From Eledone cirrhosa (Eukaryota): a DNA stretch of 64,000 bases. The notes under the pieces are model-generated. The model worked only from the letters and a program-made list of their open reading frames with translations, was not told where the DNA came from and ran no database searches. Each line of letters begins with the position of its first letter. Within the stretch, counting starts at the first letter, position 1. A program made the translations under genes and the position numbers. Of this stretch, positions 13,190 to 25,940 are shown one piece after another. The DNA lies in contig OZ024744.1 in the NCBI GenBank assembly GCA_964016885.1, forward strand, positions 43,710,001 through 43,774,000. Direction: 5' to 3'.

Positions 13190-13842
13190 GAACTTGTCAG
13201 GCTAATGTGATGTGGTTGGTGTTCTGACTGAGACTATCTAATGTGATTGAGGTTGCTGTTATGACATTGATAATCTTCTGTGATGTGGTTGTTGTTTTGT
13301 CCTTGACAGACTTATGCAATGTAGTTAGTATGTTGACCTTGACAGACTTATATGATCTAGTTGGTGTTCAGAACGTTACAGGCTAATGTGATGTGGTTGG
13401 TGTTTTGTCCGTGTCTAATGTGATTGTTGTTGGTGTTATGACATTGACAGACTTATGTGATCTAGGTGGTGTCCATAACCTGACAGACTAATGGGATTTT
13501 GGTTGGTGTTCAGAACTTAACAGTCTGATGTGATTTGGTTTTGTTTCATTGATTTACAATCTAATAAGTCTGTGTTGATGTGGTTTGTGTCCATAATTTA
13601 ACATACTAATACGTATTTGGTTGGTTTTCTGCCATTGACAGACTAATGAGATTGCAATTGGAGTGGTTTGTGTTGAGACATGAAATGTCTAATGAGATTG
13701 TGGTTGGAGTCCAGAACGTGACAGACTAATGTGAACTTGTTGGAGTTGTGTCTACACACTGATAGACTGATGTGATGTGACTGGAGTGGTTTGTGTCCAG
13801 ACATTATAGACTAATGTGATGTGACTGGAGTGGTTTGTGTTT
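13190..13842. repeat. Degenerate ~36-40 bp minisatellite
   Basis: Recurrent GACAGACTAATGTGATGTGGTTGGTGTT motif. Confidence 0.85.
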
Positions 13843-14119
13843 ATACGTATGTGTTTGTTTCATATATATGTATGTGCACGCATATATGTATTTGTCGTGT
13901 ATATATATATACATACATTTTTACTTATATCTGAATGCGTGTATATGTATACGTGTATGTATCTACACATAGGCTTCCTAATTTTTATAATTTTCTATAT
14001 AATCTTTATATAATGTTTACATATATTCCTTATTACGTATTTCCGTTATATTTTTCAGTTTCACTTTCAATCCTAATAGATTTTCAATTTCATTTCGTAT
14101 TTTCATATATTTATAATTT

Positions 14120-14187
14120 TTTTATCTGATGAACGAACTAAACGTATGTCAATATTGTCTAGGACCCTGAAACATTTGGTAATGGGG
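14120..14187 (+). ncRNA. Degenerate hammerhead-like motif (isolated PLE pLTR remnant)
   Basis: CTGATGA (14126) ... GAAAcatttggTA. Stem I pairs mostly by G-U and stem II is poor. Confidence 0.45.
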
Positions 14188-14237
14188 TAGTTATATATTG
14201 TGTTGTTCACTTTCTAATTGAATATATATATATATAT

Positions 14238-14280
<43 letters not shown>

Positions 14281-14470
14281 AAAGAAAGTGTGGTAAGAAA
14301 CCAGGTGGACCATAGCGCACCAGAGTACTAGGGTAGTAGAGTGGATTAGTTCGGATCTACTTGTCGAAACGGCCGGAGCTTAGCCGTCGGGGTTCTTATT
14401 CTTTTCCTATATATATATATATATATATACGATATTAAACAAATGGAAACTATATTTATAAAACCATATT

Positions 14471-14535
14471 TATTTCATTATACATATTTCGGGATACCAT
14501 ATTAAAAATATGGCATGCCTTCTTCAGATAAAATA
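14471..14535 (-). ncRNA. Type I minimal hammerhead ribozyme
   Basis: Reverse complement of 15277-15342. Confidence 0.75.
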
Positions 14536-15276
14536 CAATATATAAACAGTTTTATAAATAATGTTGACGTACCATAAATATTGACCAACCGTTATGTAAA
14601 AAAGCTGGTTTGGTAGTGAGATGTTTACAAATATTAAGTGTTAAGCACAGTTAAAAAGAAAGACAGAGAAAAAGAAGAAATGTATGTAAAGAAAAACAGA
14701 GAGAAATAGAGAGAGATAGGGGAGAGAGAGATAGTGAGGAGGTGAAAAAATAGAGGCAGCTGAGGCAACAGATGAATAATAATAATTCATCATACAAATT
14801 GAGAGATTTAGGAGGGAGGGTGTACTGTAATTATTTAGTTATAGTATTAAGGACAGTTGGGGAGGAGACGGAGAGAAAATAAGAAATGAAGAGAAAACAG
14901 AGAGAGAGAAAGATAGAGGTGGCCCAAATAATAATAATTATATATGGGGAGGTGAGAGAAATAGGAGAGAAATGAGAGAGAAACAAGAGAGAAACTCGAG
15001 AGGCAAAGTTAAAACAACCGATACATAGATTTCATCATATATAAAGAGGGAGGAGAAGAAAGAGCTATATCTAGAGAGAGGGATGATAGATTTACATCTT
15101 TACGTTATGTCCTATCAATTTGAATTATCAATTAATATGAATTGGGTAATATAATGTAAATATCAATATTCATGAATGAGACATAGATATATAATGTGTG
15201 AAAATAATTTTGCTCAACAATGGTTGGTCAATATTTATGGTACGTCAAAATTATTTATAAAACTGTTTATATATTG

Positions 15277-15342
15277 TATTTTATCTGAAGAAGGCATGCC
15301 ATATTTTTAATATGGTATCCCCGAAATATGTATAATGAAATA
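15277..15342 (+). ncRNA. Type I minimal hammerhead ribozyme
   Basis: Stem I tattttat/atgaaata, CTGAAGA (15285), stem II gccatatt/aatatggt, GAAA (15323), quasi-palindromic stem III tatgta, AUA triplet. Confidence 0.78.
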
Positions 15343-15469
15343 AATATGGTTTTATAAATATAGTTTCCATTTGTTTAATATCGTATATCGACTCCAAAAC
15401 TTGTCGAGTGCTTTATATCAGTTATAAAATATTTACTTGTTGTAACCCAACAATTTTATATAAAACTTT

Positions 15470-15541
<72 letters not shown>

Positions 15542-15865
15542 AATGAAGTAATTCCGTCGGAAAAGTCCAGGAAAAGAGAGTGCTCTATGTAGGTAACAGA
15601 GCTTAATAGTTATGTAATAAACAACATAAGGCAATTATTCCATTTACCAGTGGTTTCTTAAAAGCAAAAGATTTTGCTTTCAATCCTCAGAATGAATAAA
15701 TCCTGGTCTGTTTATTGAATTTGGATTTTAAAAACAAAAATGCAATCTATATGAAAGTGAGGCTGGAGAAGGAAGAAGGAAAGGAAAAATAAAATAAAAC
15801 TACACATGCAAACACACACACATAAAAAACACGCACACTCACACACAAAAGCATACATACACACG

Positions 15866-15896
<31 letters not shown>

Positions 15897-15927
15897 GTGT
15901 ATATATATATATATATGTGTGTGTGTG

Positions 15928-15959
<32 letters not shown>

Positions 15960-16126
15960 TATATATACACATATACATACACTCATACATACACACACAC
16001 ACATATATACATACATAAATAGCGACACATCCATACATACACATACATATATACAACCACATACACATATATACACACATACATACACATAGAAACATAA
16101 ATATAAATACATATACATACACACAT

Positions 16127-16203
<77 letters not shown>

Positions 16204-16257
16204 TAAAAAAATAATGAATAAAACAATGAAACAGTTCCTTATATTAAACAAAAAAAG

Positions 16258-16412
16258 TTCATTATTTAACGATCGTTTCTAGGATATATATGTGTTAGAA
16301 TTGGCATGCATATTCAACAGATCTATGTACAAAATTATACAAAATTATACAAACTATCAAAATTAAATATACATACCAAACACATATATATGCCGTCTTC
16401 AGAAATAATGAA
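16258..16412 (-). ncRNA. Type I hammerhead ribozyme with long stem II
   Basis: Reverse complement of 21912-22066. Confidence 0.78.
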
Positions 16413-17074
16413 ATATATTTATTGATAATAACAACAATTCAAAATTTCAGGTCCGTTTGGGAACAGAGTTCAAATTGACCAATGAAAATACAAAAAATTT
16501 TATGCAGTTAGGTGTGTGTATATACATGTAATTAACTTCGTACACATATTTACATAAAGATATATGTTCACATGCATACGCATGCCAAAAAGATGTATGT
16601 AAATACAAAAATTCAAGGCTAATGTCTCTGTAAGTTTATAATCTACAGATAAAATGCGTATAGACACATAAATATGAAATAAATGTATACACACATTCAT
16701 ATACTCACACATATTCGTACACTCACACACACACGCGCGTATATGCATAAACATACACATAACTACGAACATACATACACACACACGCCCCCACACACAT
16801 ATATATGTGCATATAGTATTATCATAAGCATATGGACATTAATGCACGCACATAAACACTGCCACACATATTTAGATCAGGATACAGAAATTAGGTGGGA
16901 GGGGGGGAGAGGTCAGTATTCAACGGTTTCGGCAGACTGCCTATTTATAAATGTATCTATAAACTTAGAAATAAAAAGAAAAGAAAAAGAAAAAAGAAAA
17001 AAGAAATATATCAAGAAAATATATATATATATACATCCACACATACACACACACACACACACATATACATATAC

Positions 17075-17105
<31 letters not shown>

Positions 17106-17220
17106 TATACACACATACATACACATATATACACACACACATATTGTTTTTTTCTATTTCTGAAAGGCTAAGGTTGTTAGAAAGAAGAAGAAGTGGTTGT
17201 GGTGAGATGGTTGTGGTGAG

Positions 17221-17988
17221 ATCATTAACATTAATCCTCCTAGTAAACATCACGATACAACCTATAAAAATAATAAAAATAATAAACAACATAGAAACCG
17301 TAATAGACGGGTTACTTGGTATAATGCTCCATTTAATTTACAAATTAAGGATAATATTGCTAAAAAATTTTTTTATATCCTAGAGAAAAACTTCCCGCCA
17401 AACCACAAATACCATCAAATCTTAAATAGGTCTACAGTTAAATTCTCATACTCAACAACAAATAACATAAAACAAAATATAAGTGCCTATAATGCATATA
17501 AATGTAAGAAAACCATAAGTATACCACCAATACATCAAACTAACCATAATATCTCCTCAAATACAGAATTAACGAAAGGTTGTAACTGTAGAAACAAAGC
17601 AAACTGCCCATTAAAAGGAAATTGTCTTGTTAACAACATAGTTTATAAATGTAATGTTAAAACTAAAGATTCTATTTGCTCATATATAGGAGCTACTTCT
17701 AACAATTTTAAGACAAGGTTTAATACCCACAAACATAGTTTTAAAAATGCCGCACTGGCTAATACAACATCTCTAGCAGAAAAAATTAATAGTTATAAAA
17801 ATAAGAATATAGAATATGATTTGACCTGGAGTGTGCTCAAAAGAGCCACCCCTTATCAAAATAATAGAAATGAATGTAGATTATGTTCCCAAGAACTATT
17901 TGAAATAATGAAATCTAAGGATATCCTATTAAATAAACGACAGGAATTAATTATATCGTGTAATCATAAACTAAAAAAAAATATTTAA
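17221..17988 (+). pseudogene. Uninterrupted linker plus GIY-YIG endonuclease frame of a PLE (no start codon; absent from the ORF track)
   Basis: RRVTWYNAPF..EKNFPPNHKYHQILN..CNCRNKANCPLKGNCLVNNIVYKC..YIGATSNNFKTRFNTH..CRLCSQE..LLNKRQELIISCNH, translated by hand, stop at 17986-17988. Confidence 0.88.
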
Positions 17989-19089
17989 ATATTATAAACC
18001 TAATTAATAACATTATTTTAGAAATTAATATATAATTTAATTTAAATGTTAGTTAACCTATAAATTTAATTTAATTAAAAGTCTACTACAGATGAGAATA
18101 TAAAATATTGTGTAATCATAAATTGTGAAAAACCTTTAAATATTACTAATATATACTTAGTAATTTAATTTATAGATTAATTTTAATTTATTTAACCCTT
18201 TATTAAAATTCCTTTACAGATAAAATATAACAAAATATCGTGTATTCAATGACAGAGAAATAATTTTTAGTATTATAGACCTAATTAATATACATTTTGA
18301 AATATATTTATAATTTGGTTTTAAATTTGGTCAACCTAAAAATTTAATTTAATTGGCTTAAAAATAGCATCCTAATACAGATGGATTGCAGAGTGTCATG
18401 TAATCATAGAATGGGATAGGTTTTGGATGTATACCTAGTTAATATATTCTTTACAATTTTTGAAAAAATATTTATATGTATGTATATATATGTATGTGTA
18501 TATATGTATATATATGTGTATATATATATGTATGTATATGTATATGTGTATGTATTAATTTTAATTTCTGTTTACCTATAATTATATTCTACTATTGATA
18601 AAATACAATATCTGTTTTATTTATTATATACCTAATTAACATATACTATAGAAATTAATATATAATTTTTAATTTAGTTAACCTATAATTTATATTCTAC
18701 TACCGATGTAATACTTTATTTGTTTTTTCCCTATTACTAAATTCATTTCCTAATATTGATACCATAACGTTAATAATTTTAATTTAGTTATACTATAATT
18801 AATACTCTACTACTATTTAACTTCAAAATTCTGCTTCAAATATTATAAACCTAAGTAATTTACGCCTTAGAAATCAATATATTAACTATCTTTAGTTTAG
18901 TTAACCTATAATTAATGGTATACTTATATTGAAATGCATAGTTTTGCCTTCTTTCTTGCATTTCCTAATACTGAAACTATGTAAACACATATTGTGATCT
19001 AAATGCAGATTAATATTCTATGTTTCTTGAAACATATATTTACTATAATCCCCTTCTCCCCCCCCCTTCCCCCCTACTATTATTATTTG

Positions 19090-19199
19090 TATTTGTAAGC
19101 GTGTATGTATGTATGTATATATAGGTAGGTATATATGTTTGGGTGTTTATATGTAAGTATAAAAATACATATATGCGCATGGAAATAAGGGTGTATGAT

Positions 19200-19256
<57 letters not shown>

Positions 19257-19543
19257 ATGTGTATATATATGTGTGTATATATGTGTGTGTATATATGTGT
19301 GTGTATATGTATGTCTCTCTATATATATGTGTATCTTTGTATCTATGTGGGTATATGTGTGTATGTACATGTATGCACATGTATATGTCTATGTGTATAT
19401 GTGTGTATGTGTATATGTGTACGTATGTGCGCATATATATGTGAGTGTGTGTGTATATATATGTATGTCTATATATATATATATATATATATATTATTTA
19501 TTATTATAATATATGTATATATATATATATGTGAAAATATGTA

Positions 19544-19607
<64 letters not shown>

Positions 19608-19687
19608 TTGTAGTTGTTCTGTGTATATGTATGTATATATATGTGTGTGTGTATGTATGTGTATTTATATGTATGTGTGTGTGTATA

Positions 19688-19720
<33 letters not shown>

Positions 19721-19872
19721 GTATATGTATGTGTATGCATATTTGTCTGACTGTGTGTATTAATTTACTTATTTTTTTATTTATCTTATTTCTTTATTTT
19801 TTTATATATATGTATGTGTATGTGTATGTATGTATGTATGTATGTGTGTGCATGTGTATATATATGTATGTG

Positions 19873-19951
<79 letters not shown>

Positions 19952-20048
19952 GTATATATATATGTATGTGTGTGTTTGTGTGTGTGTATATATATATGTA
20001 TGTGTGTATGTATGTGTTTGTATGTGTTATTATGTGTGTACGTGTGTG

Positions 20049-20079
<31 letters not shown>

Positions 20080-20391
20080 GTATATGTATCTCTATTTATA
20101 TGTGTATATATGTGTATGTATATACCTTTTTCTTTGTATGTCTGAGTTGTGTGAGCGTGTAGTGGTGTTTGTATGTATATACGCATATATGGATGTGTAT
20201 GTATTTGTATATATGCGTATATGTAAGTGCGTATGTGTGTGTGAGTATATACCTATGTCTATGTATGAGTATGTATGTGTGTGTATGTATGTGTGGGTAT
20301 ATGTATGTATGTGTGTATGTGTGTATGTATATGTGTGTATGTATATATATGTATATATATATGTATGTGTATATATGTATGTATGTATATA

Positions 20392-20432
<41 letters not shown>

Positions 20433-20667
20433 TATATGTATGTGTGTGTGTGTATATATATCTTTATATATGTGTATGTGTATGTATGTGTAGGTGTGTG
20501 TGTGTATATATGTATGTGTGTATATGTGTATGTGTGTGTATGTGTAATGTGTGTATGTGTGTATATATATATTTATATATATATATATATATTTATATGT
20601 GGGTATGTATGTGTATGTGTGTATATATATGAGTGTGTTTATATATATATGTATGTAGATGTGACTG

Positions 20668-20739
<72 letters not shown>

Positions 20740-20799
20740 TGTATATATATGTATATATGTGTATATGTATGAGTGTGTATATATATACGTGTGTTGTGA

Positions 20800-20836
<37 letters not shown>

Positions 20837-20858
20837 CGTGTATGTGTATATGTGTGTA

Positions 20859-20909
<51 letters not shown>

Positions 20910-21325
20910 TTATGTGTGTATGTGTCTATGTATTTATATGTGTATATGTATGTGTCTCTATATGTATGCGTGTGTGTATGTGTATGTGTATTTATATGGT
21001 ATGTGTATGTATATGTATGTGTATGTATGTGTTTGTATATATGTGTATGTATATGTATGTATATGTATGTGTGTGTATGCGTGTGTATTTATTTATATGT
21101 CTATATGTATGTATATCGATGTATATTTTATATTTTACTTGTTTGTATATATATATGTATGTGTATGTATATGTGTATATATATATGTGTGTGTATGTGT
21201 GTGTGTATATATGTGTATGTATGTGTGTATATATATGTGTGTATATATATATATATATATGTATATGTATATGTGTGTGTGTGTGTGTGTATGTGTGGAT
21301 GTATATATATATATATATATATTTT
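19090..21325. repeat. Compound (TA)n/(TG)n/(TATG)n microsatellite field
   Basis: Alternating purine-pyrimidine sequence; the source of the spurious YI/CV ORFs. Confidence 0.95.
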
Positions 21326-21911
21326 CTTGATATATTTCTTTTTTCTTTTTTTCTTTTTCTTTTCATTTTATTTCTAAGTTTATAGATACATTTATAAATA
21401 GGCAGTCTGCCGAAACCGTTGAATACTGACCTCTCCCCCCCTCCCACCTAATTTATGTGTGGCAGTGTTTATGTGCGTGCATTAATGTCCATATGCTTAT
21501 GATAATACTATATGCACATATATATGTGTGTGGGGGTGTGTGTGTGTATGTATGTTCGTAGTTATGTGTATGTTTATGCATATACGCGCGTGTGTGTGTG
21601 AGTGTACGAATATGTGTGAGTATATGAATGTGTGTATACATTTATTTCATATTTATGTGTCTATACGCATTTTATCTGTAGATTATAAACTTACAGAGAC
21701 ATTAGCCTTGAATTTTTGTATTTACATACATCTTTTTGGCATGCGTATGCATGTGAACATATATCTTTATGTAAATATGTGTACGAAGTTAATTACATGT
21801 ATATACATACACCTAACTGCATAAAATTTTTTGTATTTTCATTGGTCAATTTGAACTCTGTTCCCAAACGGACCTGAAATTTTGAATTGTTGTTATTATC
21901 AATAAATATAT

Positions 21912-22066
21912 TTCATTATTTCTGAAGACGGCATATATATGTGTTTGGTATGTATATTTAATTTTGATAGTTTGTATAATTTTGTATAATTTTGTACATA
22001 GATCTGTTGAATATGCATGCCAATTCTAACACATATATATCCTAGAAACGATCGTTAAATAATGAA
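21912..22066 (+). ncRNA. Type I hammerhead ribozyme with a ~115-nt hairpin stem II
   Basis: Perfect 10-bp stem I ttcattattt/aaataatgaa, CTGAAGA (21922), stem II atatatatgtgtt/aacacatatatat and tggtatgtatatttaa/ttgaatatgcatgcca, GAAA (22045), palindromic stem III cgatcg, GUU triplet. Confidence 0.8.
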
Positions 22067-22249
22067 CTTTTTTTGTTTAATATAAGGAACTGTTTCATTG
22101 TTTTATTCATTATTTTTTTAATATTTTATCTTGACTCTGTATTCCGTTTATCTTTCACCGAAAGTGATTTTTCATTGCATCTCTTCTTTCCATGATATCC
22201 GGATTACATTGAGTTCTTCATACGGATTGGACACTACCGTAAACTCTTG

Positions 22250-22260
22250 GTAGATTTATC

Positions 22261-22313
<53 letters not shown>

Positions 22314-22469
22314 ATATGTGTACAAGCATACACATACACAAACATAACCATACACACATACATATACATGCATACATGCGCACAATCATACATATATACA
22401 CATGTACATACATACACATACATAAATGCACTCCTCTACATATTCACACACGCAAATAAATATAAGAAA

Positions 22470-22504
<35 letters not shown>

Positions 22505-22946
22505 CATTTTTGACAGCGATACAAACTGCAGGTAACTGGAGAGACACGCGTGGTAAGTAATACACACAAATGCACGTATACATACGTACGAAATAGTAAA
22601 TACATACACACACTCTCACACATAAATATACATATACAAATACATAAACACATACATACACATACACAAATACATGCACAAACACGCACACGTATACAAT
22701 TATACACACATATACACACAGATATGTATATGCAATTATATACACATACATATATATATTTTGTTTCTTATATTTATTTGCGTGTGTGAATATGTAGAGG
22801 AGTGCATTTATGTATGTGTATGTATGTACATGTGTATATATGTATGATTGTGTGCATGTATGTATGCATGTATATGTATGTGTGTATGGTTATGTTTGTG
22901 TATGTGTATGCTTGTACACACATATATATATATGTATATGTATCTA

Positions 22947-22985
<39 letters not shown>
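22250..22985. repeat. Inverted repeat with ~230-bp arms, nested in the right arm of the larger fold-back
   Basis: cataaatgcactcctctacatattcacacacgcaaataaatataagaaacaaaa (22420-22475) is the reverse complement of 22757-22812. Confidence 0.85.
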
Positions 22986-22990
<5 letters not shown>

Positions 22991-23160
22991 GTATGTATAT
23001 GTGTGTGTGGTTGTATATATGTATGTATATGTATGGATGTGTTGATATTTATGTATGTATATATGTGTATATGTATGTGTTTGTGTGTATTTATATACAC
23101 ATATATGTGTGTGTGTGTATGTATGAGTGTATGTATATGTGTATATATATGTATATATAT

Positions 23161-23244
<84 letters not shown>

Positions 23245-24006
23245 ATGTATGCTTTTGTGTGTGAGTGTGCGTGTTTTTTTTGTGTGTGTGTGTTTGCATG
23301 TGTAGTTTTATTTTATTTTTCCTTTCCTTCTTCCTTCTCTAGCCTCACTTTCATATAGATTGCATTTTTGTTTTTAAAATCCAAATTCAATAAACAGACC
23401 AGGATTTTTTCATTCTGAGGATTGAAAGCAAAATCTTTTGCTTTTAAGAAACCACTGGTAAATGGAATAATTGCCTTATGTTGTTTATTACATAACTATA
23501 TATATATGTAATGTAGGAGGTGAGTTTTATTGTAGTACAATAAAGCAATGCAAATATCGGATAAGAAGCACTCTACAGTTTGTAGGACTGGAGTATACAT
23601 AATATATAAGATCAAAAGATGGTTAAAGGAGTTCCATGTATTTTATTATGCGCATTTCAAAAACAAACATCATCATGCAATAATATTTGTGTTTTCATCA
23701 GATAAAACAGGAGGACATGATATGAAGGCTAAAAAACACTTGTGGATAGTGCAGTTTTAAATCAACATATGAAAAGTAATTTTAGATTGATGTGTGATAT
23801 TGGGAAACATATTTTATTTAGAGAGGGGGGTGGAAAGGATGAAAAAAGGGGAGGAGATGAGAGTGAAGGTGGAGAGGGAGAGATGGGTGATAGAGAGAAA
23901 GCGATAGTTTTTATAACTGAGAAAAGATATATTGTTTTACATAGAGAGGTTGAAAACCGTTGGAAGATAATGTATAAATTAAAAGAATTTGAAAATTAAC
24001 GAAGGG

Positions 24007-24860
24007 AAAAATATGTACGAAGAAGGAGAGGGAGTTAATGTGTATTGAGATTAAAAGTTTTGATGATAGAGAGAAAATAATAATAATTGCGAATGAATAT
24101 TCTAACGTAAAAAAAAAAATTGTGTGTATGTTTACAAGTATTATGGAAATTTGAAAATTAACGAAGAGAAAAAATTATTAAGGTTTGTGTATTGAAGGAT
24201 TTGAGAAAAATAATGTGAAGTTAAGGTTTGTATATTGAAGGAATTGATAATATGTGCGAAGAAAGAGTTAATATGTATTAAAAAATTATTAAGGTTTGTG
24301 TATTGAAGGATTTGAGAAAAATAATGTGAAGTTAAGGTTTGTATATTGAAGGAATTGATAATATGTGCGAAGAAAGAGTTAATATGTATTAAGAATGAGT
24401 TACGTGATGGGGAGAAAAAAATAATAAATTAAGGACGCTAGATTATTCATCCTTAATTTTTTTTTTCTCCCCATCATCTAACTCATTCTTAATACATATT
24501 AACTCTTTCTTCGCATATATTATCAATTCCTTCAATATTCAAACCTTAACTTCACACTATTTTTCTCAAATCCTTCAATACACAAACCTTAATAATTTTT
24601 TAATACATATTAACTCTTTCTTCGCACATATTATCAATTCCTTCAATATACAAACCTTATTTTTCTCAAATCCTTCAATACACAAACCTTAATAATTTTT
24701 TCTCTTCGTTAATTTTCAAATTTCCATAATACTTGTAAACATACACACAATTTTTTTGACGTTAGAATATTCATCCGCAATTATTATTTTTTTCTCTCTA
24801 TCATCAAACTTTTTAATCTCAATACATATTAACTCCCTCTCCTTCTTCGTACACATTTTT
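24007..24860. repeat. Near-perfect palindrome, ~420-bp arms, 14-nt loop
   Basis: Arms 24007-24435 / 24450-24860. Each arm carries an internal ~110-bp tandem duplication. Confidence 0.92.
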
Positions 24861-25146
24861 TTGACGCTAGATTATTCATCCTTAATTTATTATTTCATTT
24901 ATTTCATTTTATTTTAATAAAATAAAATGAAATAAAATGAAATAATGTAAAATATATAATCAGATATATACTCATAAGGTGTTAATAGTGAAAATTTAAT
25001 GCGTAAGAAGATAGATATGATATAGTAGCCAAAAGATTATGAGAGCTAGAATAAAGAGTTGTCAAAAACCAATGATAATAATGATGATAATAATGGTGGT
25101 AAACAAAAAGAACCTAAACCAAAAAATAAGTAATGGAATATATCAG

Positions 25147-25940
25147 CTAATGGATACAATTTATACTACTAGAACCTTTAGGTTTATAATAAAAGTAAGA
25201 ATTAGAAATAGCGTGGGGGCAAGAAGAGAATATCTCAGACTTTCTATTAAGTAAGGATTCGCTAGAGAAAATTATAGAGTGTGTCTCGAGGATACAGAGA
25301 TTACAAAAGTTAGTATGTGTAGAAAGGTTATTAGAGCGTGCTACTAAACGCCAATTAAGGCTATATGGTATATTAGCCCCCTTAAGATCCCAGATATAGT
25401 GTGCTAAAGAAGTAGAATTCTTAAACTTAACATGTTTGAAATTAGAGATATGAGAATTAAACCTAGTCTTAAAAGTGTTAGATGTAGAGCTTATATAAGT
25501 TCTATTAGAGGAATTAATTATAACTACGCAAGCATAGACGATGTTCTTAGAGAGGCAGTTACCGTTTAAAGGGCAGTTAGCACTCACTCTACAGTTACAC
25601 TTCCGGGTGCTATTGGTTGGCTGAAGTAGTGATGCATTACACGTAGGATTGCTATTAGATAAGGTCTGTTCTGGTGGTAAGGCATTTCCAGATCTGTTCA
25701 GACTAGTAGTATGTAGAGAGGAGAATCCATCCCTAATTTTCCTATTGTTAGTGCTAGCTAAATGAGAACTAATATTAGGGGTGGTAGAGAATGAAAGTTT
25801 AATAACATTTTTAATAAAAATACCATGGTATTTATGAGAAGGGGGGAAATTTTTCTCTAAGATAGAAAAGAGAAAGGAGACTGTGCTTTGGCAAAAACGA
25901 AAACATTGTGTTCGAGAAAAAGGAGGTCTGTTCATTTCGC
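25147..25940 (-). pseudogene. PLE (Naiad-type) linker plus GIY-YIG endonuclease, 5'-truncated
   Basis: EKNFPPSHKYHGIF..CNCRVSANCPLNGNCLSKNIVYAC..TYISSTSNTFKTRFNSH..CNLCILE..LLNRKSEIFSSCPH within ORF 25147-26127. The N-terminal ~60 aa of that ORF look unrelated. Confidence 0.88.

Larger units (their letters stand above)
14425..15388. mobile_element. Non-coding PLE remnant with inverted pLTRs (~165-bp arms 14425-14590 / 15222-15388)
   Basis: Near-perfect reverse-complement arms, each containing a hammerhead, around a purine-rich 630-bp spacer. Confidence 0.85.
15607..23498 (+). mobile_element. 5'-truncated Penelope-like (Naiad-type) element with a long microsatellite-filled 3' UTR and a large inverted terminal duplication
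   Basis: 15607-17140 is the reverse complement of ~21170-22128 plus ~22990-23498. GIY-YIG frame at 17221-17988. A hammerhead is present in both arms. Confidence 0.85.

Noticed and set aside
15712-23358. Many long YI/CV/TH-rich ORFs (up to 402 aa)
   Set aside because: Translations of stop-poor dinucleotide microsatellites; the same applies to 8544-9083 and 30923-31735.
23540-23820. Possible very old PLE endonuclease remnant on the minus strand
   Set aside because: Only faint motif resemblance; cannot be supported without alignment.
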